Source: Fidelibacterota bacterium (GTDB lineage: Bacteria > Fidelibacterota > Marinisomatia > Marinisomatales > UBA1611). Taken from it: a DNA stretch of 64,000 nucleotides. The position numbers and the translations under genes were made by a program. Numbering within the stretch: the first letter of the stretch is position 1; each line of letters opens with the position of its first letter. The notes beneath the pieces are model-generated. The model saw only the letters and a program-made list of their open reading frames with translations. It was not told the DNA's origin and made no database searches. Below are positions 39,362 through 49,783 of the stretch, piece after piece. The stretch spans positions 5,663 through 69,662 of the forward strand of contig JABHUQ010000028.1 of assembly GCA_018658715.1 (NCBI GenBank), written 5' to 3'.

Positions 39362-39451
39362 CGGAGAGGGAGGGATTCGAACCCTCGAAGAGGCTATAAA
39401 CCCCTTACTCACTTAGCAGGCGAGCGCCTTCAGCCACTCGGCCACCTCTCC
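39362..39451 (-). tRNA. tRNA-Ser (anticodon GCU), long variable arm, no encoded CCA
   Basis: Manual fold. The acceptor is GGAGAGG/CCTCTCC, the anticodon loop is CTGCTAA, and the T-arm is GGTTCGAATCC. Confidence 0.88.
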
Positions 39452-39512
39452 ATATTCTTTAAAGATTAAACCTCTGAAATTACTCCGCGAATCCCTTAAT
39501 CCCAAAAAAGAA

Positions 39513-40604
39513 TTAAGAAATAACGAACTGTTTTCCACTTAATTGGGTAACAGCGTTTTTCATCTCTAAATTTAAAAGAATTTGAAGCAATTGAGCGATA
39601 TCTAAATCTACCTTTTTCCGTAAATCATCAATTTGGATAGGATCATGTCCCAAGAATTTGAAAATATTTTGTTCGTCGTTAGATAATTCTAATGGAATCT
39701 TTTTTTGAACACCACTTATTGGTCGAAATAGACGATCATTAATAATGTCTAATATTTCATTACCATCATGTACAGGAAACGCTCCATTTCTGATGAGACG
39801 GTTGGAACCAACAGACATTGCATCTGTCACTCGCCCAGGAACAGCAAAAACATCTCTATTATGATCAATAGCGTTAAAGGCTGTGAGGATAGACCCACTT
39901 CTATCACCTGCTTCAACAACAATAGTGCCATGGGAAAGACCAGATATTATTCTATTTCTTTGTGGGAAATTTTTCCTATTCGGTTTCTCTCCTAGGGGAA
40001 ATTCAGAAATGATTGTACCATTCTTTAAAATATCTCGATACAACTGTTTGTTTTCGGATGGATAAACCACATCAATCCCACACCCCAATACACCAATTGT
40101 TTTACCGCCTAAATTGACTGTTTCTCTATGAGTCATTGTATCAATTCCTCGGGCGAGACCACTTACGGTTGTAATACCTACTTCTGTTAATTTTTTAACA
40201 ATTAGCTTTGTCATTGTACGCCCATACTGTGTCATTGTACGAGTCCCGACAATAGATATCATATCTTCCGTTTTAGTGAGTTCTTTACCATGAGTATATA
40301 ATAAAACCGGTGGATCATAAATTTTCTTTAACAATACAGGATAATTATCGTCCCAATAAGAAACAATATTAATATTTTTCTCTGCGAGTTGTTTTAGTTG
40401 AGTTTCACCGTATTTCAGGTGCCGATATTTCTTAATTGCAGAAGTAGTTTTAATATCAATTCCATCTATTTTGCATAGTATTTTTGAATCCATTTCAAAT
40501 GGATCATCATGAACGCCAATAGATGACAATAGAATACGTACACGATTTCTGCCTACAGATGGTGTATTCAATAAATTGATTATTGTTTCGTGTTTAAATT
40601 TCAT
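39513..40604 (-). CDS. dprA: DNA-processing protein DprA (Smf)
   Basis: Motifs SGLARGIDTMTHRE and GVLGCGIDVVYPSEN, with a Rossmann-like core and a C-terminal winged-helix-like tail. Confidence 0.9.
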   Translation of the reverse strand: MKFKHETIINLLNTPSVGRNRVRILLSSIGVHDDPFEMDSKILCKIDGIDIKTTSAIKKYRHLKYGETQLKQLAEKNINIVSYWDDNYPVLLKKIYDPPVLLYTHGKELTKTEDMISIVGTRTMTQYGRTMTKLIVKKLTEVGITTVSGLARGIDTMTHRETVNLGGKTIGVLGCGIDVVYPSENKQLYRDILKNGTIISEFPLGEKPNRKNFPQRNRIISGLSHGTIVVEAGDRSGSILTAFNAIDHNRDVFAVPGRVTDAMSVGSNRLIRNGAFPVHDGNEILDIINDRLFRPISGVQKKIPLELSNDEQNIFKFLGHDPIQIDDLRKKVDLDIAQLLQILLNLEMKNAVTQLSGKQFVIS

Positions 40605-41574
40605 TTTGAATAATTGAAGTTATCTTATGCATCAAACGATTTAAACCAGAACTAGTAACTGATGAAATATCAATATATGGATGTTTAAAGTTTGACCAAT
40701 AATCATCAGAATTATCTTTTTGGATTGTATCAATTTTTGAACGACAAATCAAAAATGGCTTTAGCATTAAGTCTTGATTGAAATTAATTAATTCTTGTTT
40801 TAAAACATCAAACGAATTTGCAGGATTTTCATCCAATGCATCTATTAGATAAAGTAAAACTCTATTTCTTTCAATATGTTTTAAAAATTGATGCCCTAGA
40901 CCTTTGCCCGTACTAGCTCCCTCAATTAACCCGGGAATATCAGCCATAACAAATGATTTATATTCTTCATATTTAATAATACCTAAATATGGTTCTAAAG
41001 TTGTAAATGGATAACCGGCAATTTTTGGCTTCGCAGATGATAATCGAGCTAATAAGGTCGATTTCCCGGCATTGGGAAAACCAACTAAACCAACATCAGC
41101 TAATACTTTTAATTCAATTTCAAAATGACCAGACTCACCTTCAATTCCCGTCTGATGTCTTCGCGGTGTTTGATTAGTAGAAGTTTTAAACCGACTATTC
41201 CCCTTACCGCCTATTCCACCTCTGCAAGCTATACATTCTTCTCTAGGCAATGTGAGATCTGCGATAATTTCACTTCCTACCACTTTTCGAATAATTGTCC
41301 CTAATGGAACCAATATGATTACATCTTCTCCAAATTTTCCACTTCTATTATTTTTCCCACCAGGCTTACCATTCTCAGCTTTATACATTTTGCGATATCG
41401 TATATCTTGAAGAGTACGAAGGTTGTCATCAGTTTTAAAAATAATATGACCACCACGTCCGCCGTCACCACCATCAGGGCCACCCTTTGGAACAAACTTT
41501 TCCCGGCGAAAGGATACAGCACCACGGCCTCCTTTTCCTGCAATTAATTCAACTTTTGTATAATCAATAAACAT
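40594..41574 (-). CDS. obg: GTPase Obg/CgtA
   Basis: The Obg fold is marked by FIDYTKVELIAGKGGRGAVSFRREKF..GGPDGGDGGRGG. The G1 motif is GFPNAGKST and the G3 motif is DIPGLIEGAS. Confidence 0.93.
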   Translation of the reverse strand: MFIDYTKVELIAGKGGRGAVSFRREKFVPKGGPDGGDGGRGGHIIFKTDDNLRTLQDIRYRKMYKAENGKPGGKNNRSGKFGEDVIILVPLGTIIRKVVGSEIIADLTLPREECIACRGGIGGKGNSRFKTSTNQTPRRHQTGIEGESGHFEIELKVLADVGLVGFPNAGKSTLLARLSSAKPKIAGYPFTTLEPYLGIIKYEEYKSFVMADIPGLIEGASTGKGLGHQFLKHIERNRVLLYLIDALDENPANSFDVLKQELINFNQDLMLKPFLICRSKIDTIQKDNSDDYWSNFKHPYIDISSVTSSGLNRLMHKITSIIQNEI

Positions 41575-41622
41575 TGGAATTCAACAACATTGAGATGAAT
41601 GAAACTACACTAGTTTTATTGA

Positions 41623-43839
41623 TTAAATATCATCAATAATTGAATTTAAGGTTGCACTTGGTCTCATTGCAGCTGATACTTTAGATATATCGGGATTATA
41701 ATAACCACCGATTTCTTTTGGTGTTCCTTCTACAAATAGTAGTTCATCCATAATTTTTTGTTCATTATTCTCTAATGCATCTGCAATAGATGAAAATTTA
41801 TGAGCAATTACATTGCTATTTGTTTGATTGGCAAGTGCGCGTGCCCAATATTGTGCTAAAAAGAAATGACCGGATGTATTCCCTGGTTCGCCAGCAACTT
41901 TAGATGGAGATTTCTGGTTATCTAAATATTTTGAATTGGCTATATCAAGACCATTTACTATAATATTCAATTCATTTGATTCATTATTTTGTGCAATATA
42001 GCGTAGAGATTCAGCTAAAGCTAAAAATTCGCCCAATGAATCCCATCTTAAATGACCTTCTTTTAGAAATTGAGCAACATGTTTTGGCGCAGACCCACCT
42101 GCTCCAGTTTCGAATAATCCACCGCCTGCAATTAATGGAACTATGGATAGCATTTTTGCAGAAGTACCAAGTTCTAAAATTGGAAATAAATCTGTCAAAT
42201 AATCACGCAATACATTGCCTGTTGCACTAATAGTGTTAAGACCAGCCCTGACTCTTTTCAATGTGAAAGCCATTGCTGATTGTGGAGATAAAATATGATA
42301 TTCAATGTCTTTATTTTTGTTATAATCTGGAAAATATTTTAACACACTATTAATAATATTAGCATCGTGCTTTCGTTTTTCGTCTAGCCAAAAAACAACA
42401 GGCTGCCCAGTAATTTTAGCTCTATCATAAGCAAGTTTAACCCAATTGTTAATAGGAATGTCTTTTGTAGTTGACATCCTCCAAATATCCCCCTTCTCAA
42501 CTTGATGACTTATTAATATATCACCATTCTGGTCTACAATATTCACAATACCATTAGATGGAATTTCAAAAGTTGTAGGATGAGAGCCATATTCCTCAGC
42601 TTTTTGTGCCATAAGGCCTACGTTAGAAACATTGCCCATAGAAGTAACGTCGAACTGACCATTATTAACGCAATCTTGTAATACTTCTTTATACATTGTC
42701 GCATATGATCTATCTGGAATAATGGCTTTGCATTCTTGAAGTTTCCCATCAGAATTCCACATTTGTCCACCATCACGAACTACAACTGGCATGGATGCAT
42801 CAATAATAATATCATTCGGAGCATGCAAATTTGTAATACCATTATCAGAATCAACCATGGCCAATGGTGGCATTGTATTATATACATTCTGTATAGAATT
42901 TTTAATTTTTGATTTTACTTCTGATGGTAATGAATCTAGTTTTTTATATAGATCACTCAATCCCAAATTTGGATTAATACTCAATTCATCAAATTCTACA
43001 GAATATGTATCAAAAACATCCTTATAATATTCACTTACACAATGACCAAACATGATTGGGTCGGAAACTTTCATCATTGTTGCTTTTAAATGTAAAGAGA
43101 ATAATAATCCCTGTTCTTTTGATGATTTTAGTTCATCTTTATAGAATTCTTTTAAACCTTTTATCGACATGAAGGTTGCATCTACAACTTCCTTATTCTG
43201 AATAAAAAGTTCTTTCAAATGAATTGTGTTGCCATCCTTTGAGTGAAACTCAATATTTACAAGTCCGTCTCCATTTTTAATAATAGATTGTTCATTTCCA
43301 TAAAAATCATTCTCGCTCATATGAGCAACGTAGGATTTAGGATTTTCAGGGAATTGTTTAAGTTTATGCGGATTGTTTTTAGCGAAATTCTTAACAGCAT
43401 CAGCTGCTCGGCGATCAGAATTCCCTTCTCTTAAGACTGGATTAACAGCCGACCCTAAACAGGTAGAATATTTATTTTGGATATTGACTTCGGCATCGTT
43501 GGTTGGATTTTCAGGGTAATTTGGTATATCATATCCATTTTTCTGAAGTTCATTAATGCATTCTTTAAGTTGCGGGATAGAAGCGGAAATATTGGGTAGT
43601 TTTATAATATTGCCATCGGGTTCCTTAACAACTTGTCCTAAATAATTTAGATCATCATTAATAATTTGATCTGAAGTTAAATTATTAGGGAAAGTTGAAA
43701 TAATTCTTCCAGCAAGCGATATATTCCTTGGCTCAATTTCAACATTGGCGATTTTTGTAAATGCATTAACTATTGGTAAAAGGGATTGGGTTGCCAATGC
43801 TGGCGCTTCGTCTGTTATAGTCCAGATAATTTTTGACAT
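41623..43839 (-). CDS. icd: Monomeric NADP-dependent isocitrate dehydrogenase
   Basis: 738 aa with an N-terminus KIIWTITDEAPALATQSLLPIV typical of the ~740-aa monomeric IDH class. Confidence 0.9.
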   Translation of the reverse strand: MSKIIWTITDEAPALATQSLLPIVNAFTKIANVEIEPRNISLAGRIISTFPNNLTSDQIINDDLNYLGQVVKEPDGNIIKLPNISASIPQLKECINELQKNGYDIPNYPENPTNDAEVNIQNKYSTCLGSAVNPVLREGNSDRRAADAVKNFAKNNPHKLKQFPENPKSYVAHMSENDFYGNEQSIIKNGDGLVNIEFHSKDGNTIHLKELFIQNKEVVDATFMSIKGLKEFYKDELKSSKEQGLLFSLHLKATMMKVSDPIMFGHCVSEYYKDVFDTYSVEFDELSINPNLGLSDLYKKLDSLPSEVKSKIKNSIQNVYNTMPPLAMVDSDNGITNLHAPNDIIIDASMPVVVRDGGQMWNSDGKLQECKAIIPDRSYATMYKEVLQDCVNNGQFDVTSMGNVSNVGLMAQKAEEYGSHPTTFEIPSNGIVNIVDQNGDILISHQVEKGDIWRMSTTKDIPINNWVKLAYDRAKITGQPVVFWLDEKRKHDANIINSVLKYFPDYNKNKDIEYHILSPQSAMAFTLKRVRAGLNTISATGNVLRDYLTDLFPILELGTSAKMLSIVPLIAGGGLFETGAGGSAPKHVAQFLKEGHLRWDSLGEFLALAESLRYIAQNNESNELNIIVNGLDIANSKYLDNQKSPSKVAGEPGNTSGHFFLAQYWARALANQTNSNVIAHKFSSIADALENNEQKIMDELLFVEGTPKEIGGYYNPDISKVSAAMRPSATLNSIIDDI

Positions 43840-44100
43840 TTATTGATCCTTCTTCTTAATATTTGTTTGAGAATTATTAGTTGAAGCAGGTTTAGTTTTG
43901 GGCTTTTCTTTATTTTTATAATCAGTAAGGTAAAACCCTGACCCTTTAAAAATGAGACCTGCGCCACCACTTACAATCCGAGTAATTTCACATTTTTGTA
44001 CTTCACAATTTGGCTTTTTTTGAAAAACATCGTCGGAAATTGATTGAAAAATATCAAATCGTTCTCCGCAAGTATTACATAAATATTCGTAGGTTGGCAT
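43840..44100 (-). CDS. FmdB-family zinc-ribbon protein
   Basis: MPTYEYLCNTCGERFD plus a second Cys pair, CEVQKC. The stop abuts the icd start. Confidence 0.75.
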   Translation of the reverse strand: MPTYEYLCNTCGERFDIFQSISDDVFQKKPNCEVQKCEITRIVSGGAGLIFKGSGFYLTDYKNKEKPKTKPASTNNSQTNIKKKDQ

Positions 44101-44148
44101 GAGTTCCAGCTTATTTAGATAAAAATTGAGAGAAAATTTATAAAATAA

Positions 44149-44628
44149 TTATATATTAAATTTTATTTTTAATGCGTCAAATACATCTTTTGTTACATAA
44201 TCTCTTAGATCACCACCCAGTTTTGTTACTTCTTTAATTACAGAAGAATTTAGATGGATATATTTTTCATCTGGCATCATGAATATAGTTGTTATTTCGG
44301 GATTAAGATGGTAATTCATCATAGCCATTTGAAATTCAAATTCAAAATCGCTAACATGTCTTAATCCACGAATAAGTGCACATGCATTTTCTTCACGAGC
44401 TGTTTCAGCGATAAGTTGTTGAGTACTAATTGCTGAAACATTATGAAGATCACTAGTACTAGCTAAAATTAGTTCAACCCTTTCATCCACGGTAAATAAT
44501 GGGTTTTTAGATGAATTATCTGCAACTGCAAAGACCAATGTATCAAATAATTTAGATGCACGTACTGCAATATCTAAATGACCTTTGTGAATTGGATCGA
44601 ATGTACCAGGATATATTATTTTTCTCAT
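44149..44628 (-). CDS. coaD: Phosphopantetheine adenylyltransferase
   Basis: YPGTFDPIHKGHLD motif. The protein is 159 aa. Confidence 0.93.
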   Translation of the reverse strand: MRKIIYPGTFDPIHKGHLDIAVRASKLFDTLVFAVADNSSKNPLFTVDERVELILASTSDLHNVSAISTQQLIAETAREENACALIRGLRHVSDFEFEFQMAMMNYHLNPEITTIFMMPDEKYIHLNSSVIKEVTKLGGDLRDYVTKDVFDALKIKFNI

Positions 44629-45137
44629 TTGTTTTTCCAGAACGCTAATTGAGTTTTACCATAATTACGAATCTTGGGGTCGTGGAGTAATTTACGATTA
44701 GAGCGATTGACTTCTAATATAAAAATTCCTTTTGAATTCAAGAGTTGAATAGAAGATTCGATTAATGGATAAATATCTATACCATTATAGGGTGGATCGG
44801 CAAAAATAATATCAAATGATTGTGATACTGTATTTAAATATTTAAATACATCTTGATGATGAATATGTATTTTATCTGGAAAAAAGCCCGAATTAGTTTT
44901 AAGCATTTGAATATGGTAATGATTTGATTCCACAAAATGGATATGAGATGCTCCCCTACTTAATGCTTCAAAACCAATGATTCCAGAACCAGAAAAAAGA
45001 TCAAGAAATGAGTGACCATTTAAAGGACCTAGAATATCGAATAAACTTTTTCTAACAATAGATTTTGTAGGACGATATTGAGCTTTTAAACTCGTTTCAA
45101 TCTTTTTCCCTTTATAGGGGCCAGATAGAATATGCAT
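44625..45137 (-). CDS. rsmD: 16S rRNA (guanine966-N2)-methyltransferase
   Basis: RPTKSIVRKSLFDIL, the SAM motif DLFSGSGIIGFEALSRGA, and DPPY. Confidence 0.85.
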   Translation of the reverse strand: MHILSGPYKGKKIETSLKAQYRPTKSIVRKSLFDILGPLNGHSFLDLFSGSGIIGFEALSRGASHIHFVESNHYHIQMLKTNSGFFPDKIHIHHQDVFKYLNTVSQSFDIIFADPPYNGIDIYPLIESSIQLLNSKGIFILEVNRSNRKLLHDPKIRNYGKTQLAFWKNK

Positions 45138-45151
45138 AGAATTGATTCGTT

Positions 45152-46870
45152 CTATTTAGGATTTAAAAATGAAATATAATACCCAGCTTTCGGATTTGGG
45201 TCAGATGGATTATTAAATAGAACAAATTTTCTAAAAAGGACACGATTCCCAGCTTCATTTAGGATACGACTAACTGTTGTAATCTCATCAATGGATTTTA
45301 CCCTAATTAAGAGTGGTTCAAAAATATGGGTATCTTTATATATTTGATCAAAATATTTTAATGAATAACCCGTTAAAGATGAATCTAATTGAGCAATGAC
45401 ATCTTCTGGGGTTAATCCAGTTCGCGCATTGAGAATAGCACTCCCTTTCGGCATATCAAAACTATAGTAACGAGTAATATTTGAACTCTCTGTTTCTTTT
45501 TCTTCAGAATAACTTACTAGGTCACCAGGCAAATATTTTCCAAATTCTGGATCGACAATACTTCTGTATTCTAAACTGATAAAATTCTTAGTAATTGTGA
45601 GAGTTGAATATTTATTTATATCAGAATTCAACAAAATATCATTTAATGCTTTAGATATGAGAAATGATTTATTTATTAATTCTTGAGGGAGTGTATTACT
45701 TTTTTTTACTAATTGTTCTACTGTTTTTGGCGAGGACCTATCTACCTTAAATATTATATCTGTATTTATAAAATTAAATGGCCATATTGGGTTGTTAATA
45801 TCAGACCTATATTTTAAATAATTCATTCCAAGAAAAAGAATTCCAATCATAAGTAAATAATATAGAACATTATTTGACTCAGTTTTGACTGGTTTTTTTA
45901 TTTTAGATATAGTTCTTTTGCCTTTAGTAGCATTTTTAACATTATCATCGGAAGGTACGTCATAGTATTTATCAATAAGTGGAAAATCTGTTATACCTGG
46001 TTCATTGAAAAAATTCATTGAATGGACATGTGATTTTGATTTTGCCATTACGGATAATATAATCGACTCAAATGATGGTAAATTGTTTGGAATATCTTCA
46101 TAGTCTATTCCTTCAAAAGGTTTTAACTCCATTAACGAATTATTTTTCCAAACTTTTTTCATTTTTGGTGTCAATGATCCAGTTGAAATAATAGGCCTTT
46201 TGTTAGAATTAGTTGATAAAGATAAAATATTGGATAATTGGTCACTCTTAGCTGTTGAATTTTTAACAACAATATTTCCTTTTGAAAAAGCTAAATATCC
46301 GAAATGGAACTGTTGATGAATCAAACCGAAAAAGTGAAACCCTTTGTCAGACTTATGTACCCAAGTTGATTCAGGTAAATCTCCCCAATCCAGAATAGTT
46401 GAACTTATAGGACCCATCCATAAAGGTTGGCACCCTAATCCAGACAAAGTAAGTTTTAAGTTTATTGCTAAATGTGTTGGGATTGTAACATAATGAAGAT
46501 TAGGCTCATCGGGCAAATATGATTGACAATAAATCGATTTTTTAGGTTGTGATTTATCAGAATTTACCTTCCAGTTTATAAAATCAAGATGATCTTCTCG
46601 GCTTAAATCTATTTCATTATTAATAACACCATGCGTCAATAAATCATCATCTATAGAGATTGTAATTTCATCTCCTGCTAATGAAATTGAATCATTTATA
46701 TCTTTTAGATGATTAGACAGAACTTTATTTAATTCTTTTTCGTCAGAAAGAATTGGAAACAAGGGATTATCTAATTTTACATTAGCAACATTAGATAAAA
46801 CAATTTTGTCTGCAACCCTTGTCCATTGGGCACAAAGTAGGTTCTTATTGGATATTACAAGGCCAATCAA
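45152..46870 (-). CDS. Hypothetical bitopic protein (PilM-like N-terminus, TM segment, periplasmic domain?)
   Basis: 572 aa. The N-terminus MIGLVISNKNLL resembles the start of actin-like PilM/FtsA proteins. There is a single TM segment (VLYYLLMIGILFLGMNYL) near residue 345. The assignment is weak. Confidence 0.3.
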   Translation of the reverse strand: MIGLVISNKNLLCAQWTRVADKIVLSNVANVKLDNPLFPILSDEKELNKVLSNHLKDINDSISLAGDEITISIDDDLLTHGVINNEIDLSREDHLDFINWKVNSDKSQPKKSIYCQSYLPDEPNLHYVTIPTHLAINLKLTLSGLGCQPLWMGPISSTILDWGDLPESTWVHKSDKGFHFFGLIHQQFHFGYLAFSKGNIVVKNSTAKSDQLSNILSLSTNSNKRPIISTGSLTPKMKKVWKNNSLMELKPFEGIDYEDIPNNLPSFESIILSVMAKSKSHVHSMNFFNEPGITDFPLIDKYYDVPSDDNVKNATKGKRTISKIKKPVKTESNNVLYYLLMIGILFLGMNYLKYRSDINNPIWPFNFINTDIIFKVDRSSPKTVEQLVKKSNTLPQELINKSFLISKALNDILLNSDINKYSTLTITKNFISLEYRSIVDPEFGKYLPGDLVSYSEEKETESSNITRYYSFDMPKGSAILNARTGLTPEDVIAQLDSSLTGYSLKYFDQIYKDTHIFEPLLIRVKSIDEITTVSRILNEAGNRVLFRKFVLFNNPSDPNPKAGYYISFLNPK

Positions 46871-46882
46871 AACAGATGAATA

Positions 46883-47632
46883 CTAATCCCAGCTTCGGGT
46901 TCCATCACTGATCATACCATGACTATTTGCTTTGAATGAAAATATAAGATATCGTGGTTCTTTATAAGTTTCAACAATAGGACTTGTAACACGTAAACTT
47001 TTAATTTCTTCAACAATTTTTATATTATACTGATTGTTAGTTAATGGGCAGTAATAGGTAGATGAATCAGGAACAAATGTATCATAATATTCTACTAATT
47101 CAACTCGTTCAACAGGAGTTTTTTCTAGTACTTCCTTAAAATTTGGGTCATCTTGCATAAATGCGAGATTTTTTAATTGAATATAGCTCGTATCATCTCT
47201 TGAAAGTTCTTCTGAATACATAATAATAGTAACACTTGTATCACTTATTGTATCTCTTCGAAATTTTTTAAATCCAAATGTTGTATCAAATTCAACCGCA
47301 AAACTTTCTGGAATATCTATAGAATAATTATTACTCCCGAGTAGAATAGACTGTTCACCAATGAAATTTGAGTCAGCAATGACAGAGTCTCTTGCAGCAT
47401 TAACTAAACCCATAGCTTCATAAAAATCTGTATTGTACAAGCCCGTTAATTGGTTATGAAATTCTTCAATATCATATAAGTTTTGCATTCGGAAGCGGCT
47501 TTCATCTTCAAATACTTTTTCTTCTTCCCAAATGGCAACAGGTACATATATTGTAATTACCAAGAATAATAATGCCAATACAATACCTACTTCAAGTAAG
47601 TCAGATCTTTGTTGTCTCTTTTTTAATTCCAT
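46883..47632 (-). CDS. Hypothetical protein with an N-terminal hydrophobic helix carrying a conserved-looking Glu (non-canonical pilin-like?)
   Basis: 249 aa beginning MELKKRQQRSDLLEVGIVLALLFLVITIY. There is no canonical G|FTLIE prepilin site. Confidence 0.3.
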   Translation of the reverse strand: MELKKRQQRSDLLEVGIVLALLFLVITIYVPVAIWEEEKVFEDESRFRMQNLYDIEEFHNQLTGLYNTDFYEAMGLVNAARDSVIADSNFIGEQSILLGSNNYSIDIPESFAVEFDTTFGFKKFRRDTISDTSVTIIMYSEELSRDDTSYIQLKNLAFMQDDPNFKEVLEKTPVERVELVEYYDTFVPDSSTYYCPLTNNQYNIKIVEEIKSLRVTSPIVETYKEPRYLIFSFKANSHGMISDGTRSWD

Positions 47633-47638
47633 AATGTT

Positions 47639-48082
47639 TTATTCCGCTTTAAGGATAATTCTCTTTTTATTTAGTTCTAAAGTTTTTGGACCGATTCCTT
47701 TAACCTTCGTTAAATCATCGATTGATTTAAATAAACCGTAATCTTGTCTATAATGAATGATTCTTTCTGCTGTTATAGGTCCAATCTTTGTTAATGCAGT
47801 TAATTCATCTTTATTTGCAGTATTAATATTAACAAATTCTAGTTCAACCTTCGAATCCTTTTCTTCAGAATTCGAAATTGTCTTTTTATCCATAATTTCT
47901 AAAGTATTTTCATTAGAATAGATTGAATCAGCCAGTATCTTAAAATCTGATTTTTCAATTTGATATGTTAGAACTGGAGATGAATTAGTTTTTTGTTTTA
48001 CTTGAGAAATTGTAAACCCAAGAACGGCAGATAAGCCGAGAAACCCAATAATTGATTTTTCCTTAGACGTGAATAAAGCCAT
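47639..48082 (-). CDS. comEA: ComEA-family DNA-binding competence protein (helix-hairpin-helix)
   Basis: N-terminal anchor. The C-terminal tandem HhH reads VNINTANKDELTALTKIGPITAERII...DLTKVKGIGPKTLE. Confidence 0.85.
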   Translation of the reverse strand: MALFTSKEKSIIGFLGLSAVLGFTISQVKQKTNSSPVLTYQIEKSDFKILADSIYSNENTLEIMDKKTISNSEEKDSKVELEFVNINTANKDELTALTKIGPITAERIIHYRQDYGLFKSIDDLTKVKGIGPKTLELNKKRIILKAE

Positions 48083-49176
48083 TAAATATCGATTTTAGAA
48101 AATGGAATTTTAATTGTTTGCTGTTCTTTCTCAAGCTGATTTAATGCATTTTTTTCAGACCTTGATATTGACTTAGGAGTCGAGATTTGAACTCTGACCA
48201 TTTGATCTCCACTGCTACTTCCTCTTAATCGCGGAAAACCTTTGTTTTTTAATCGAAGAATTTGACCTGATTGAATTCCTGCTGGAATTTTCAAATCAAC
48301 ATGGCTTAAAATGGTTGGCACTTTAATTGTTCCACCTAAAGCTGCTGTGGTATAAGGAATATTTAATTGTAAATAAACATGTTCGCCGTCTCTAACAAAA
48401 TATTCATGGTTAATTTCATCAAATACAACAATTAAATCACCGGCATTTCCTGCAATATTTTGATTCCCTTGATTTGAAAGCGTTAAATAATTTCCAGATT
48501 CCACACCTGCTGGTATATTAACCTTAATTGTTTCTTCTTTTGTAATTAATCCATCTGGCCCTGCCCCGGCGGGTCGATTGCCAATTACTTTACCACTTCC
48601 ACTACAATAGGGACATTCTGAAGCTGTTCTCATTTGACCTAAAATTGTATTACTAATTCGAGATACTTGGCCTGCGCCATTACAACTCGAACAAGTATTA
48701 AACGTTGCTCCTGGTGCAGGAATTCGTTTTTTAATTTTTATTTTTTTATCAATCCCTTTAGCAATTTCTTCATAAGTTAATTTTAACTTTATCCGAATGT
48801 CGCTACCTCCACGTTTTCTGCCTTGTCCCCCTTGTCTGCTACCGCCAAAAAAACTTTCAAATGGACTGCCACCAAATATATCACCAAACTGACTAAATAT
48901 ATCATCCATGCTCATATGAACACCCCCGCCAAACCCGGCGTGACCACTATCACCCATTCCAACTCCCGCGTGTCCAAATTGGTCATAGCGAGATCTTTTT
49001 GTTTCATCACTTAGAACGGCATAAGCTTCAGCAGCTTCTTTAAATACTTTTTCGGCTTCCGTGTCATCTGGATTCTTATCAGGATGATATTTCATCGCCA
49101 GCTTTCTGTATGATTTTTTAATTTCATCGGCTGATGCAGATTTAGAAACGTTTAATATGTCGTAAAAGTCTCTCAT
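48082..49176 (-). CDS. dnaJ: Molecular chaperone DnaJ
   Basis: J-domain with HPD (KYHPDKNP), a G/F-rich linker, and CxxCxGxG zinc-finger repeats. Confidence 0.95.
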   Translation of the reverse strand: MRDFYDILNVSKSASADEIKKSYRKLAMKYHPDKNPDDTEAEKVFKEAAEAYAVLSDETKRSRYDQFGHAGVGMGDSGHAGFGGGVHMSMDDIFSQFGDIFGGSPFESFFGGSRQGGQGRKRGGSDIRIKLKLTYEEIAKGIDKKIKIKKRIPAPGATFNTCSSCNGAGQVSRISNTILGQMRTASECPYCSGSGKVIGNRPAGAGPDGLITKEETIKVNIPAGVESGNYLTLSNQGNQNIAGNAGDLIVVFDEINHEYFVRDGEHVYLQLNIPYTTAALGGTIKVPTILSHVDLKIPAGIQSGQILRLKNKGFPRLRGSSSGDQMVRVQISTPKSISRSEKNALNQLEKEQQTIKIPFSKIDI

Positions 49177-49700
49177 TTTTTATTCACTATTACTTTAGCA
49201 TGTCTAATAACACGGTCTTTATAACGATATCCTTTTTCGAATACATCTAATATTTGATCTTCTTTAAAATTATCATCTGTATTGGTCATCATTGCATCAT
49301 GAAGTTCAGGGTCCAAATTTTCTCCTTTTTCACCAAAAGGTTTAACATCTAAATCTCCAAGCCATTTATCAATTTTATTCAGCACTAAAGTTAATCCTTC
49401 GGAGATAGATTCATCTATTTGAGTATTTTCCTTATTAATCGCAACAGATAGACGATTAATATCATCCATTACAGGCAAGAATGATTTAATAACATTTTCA
49501 CCACTATATTGGAGAAAACCGCTGATTTCTTTATCTTTTCTACGACGAAAATTTTCGAATTCAGCTTTAAGACGTAAATGTTTGTCTTGAACTTCACCTA
49601 TTTGTTCTTTGAGTAAAACTAATTTTGAAGGTTTTTTGGGCTTCTTAGTATTTTTTGAAATATCTTTTTCAGAATTTTTATTTTTATTTTTCTTTGCCAT
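49173..49700 (-). CDS. grpE: Nucleotide exchange factor GrpE
   Basis: A lysine-rich N-terminus is followed by [12 protein letters not shown] and a C-terminal beta domain ([14 protein letters not shown]). It overlaps dnaJ by 4 nt. Confidence 0.92.
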   Translation of the reverse strand: MAKKNKNKNSEKDISKNTKKPKKPSKLVLLKEQIGEVQDKHLRLKAEFENFRRRKDKEISGFLQYSGENVIKSFLPVMDDINRLSVAINKENTQIDESISEGLTLVLNKIDKWLGDLDVKPFGEKGENLDPELHDAMMTNTDDNFKEDQILDVFEKGYRYKDRVIRHAKVIVNKK

Positions 49701-49783
49701 GTTATGAAATTATTAGTTAATGATAGAAATGAGACGATAAATTTACGTATAGGATGTAAAGATGAAAATAGATCGTAGGAATA

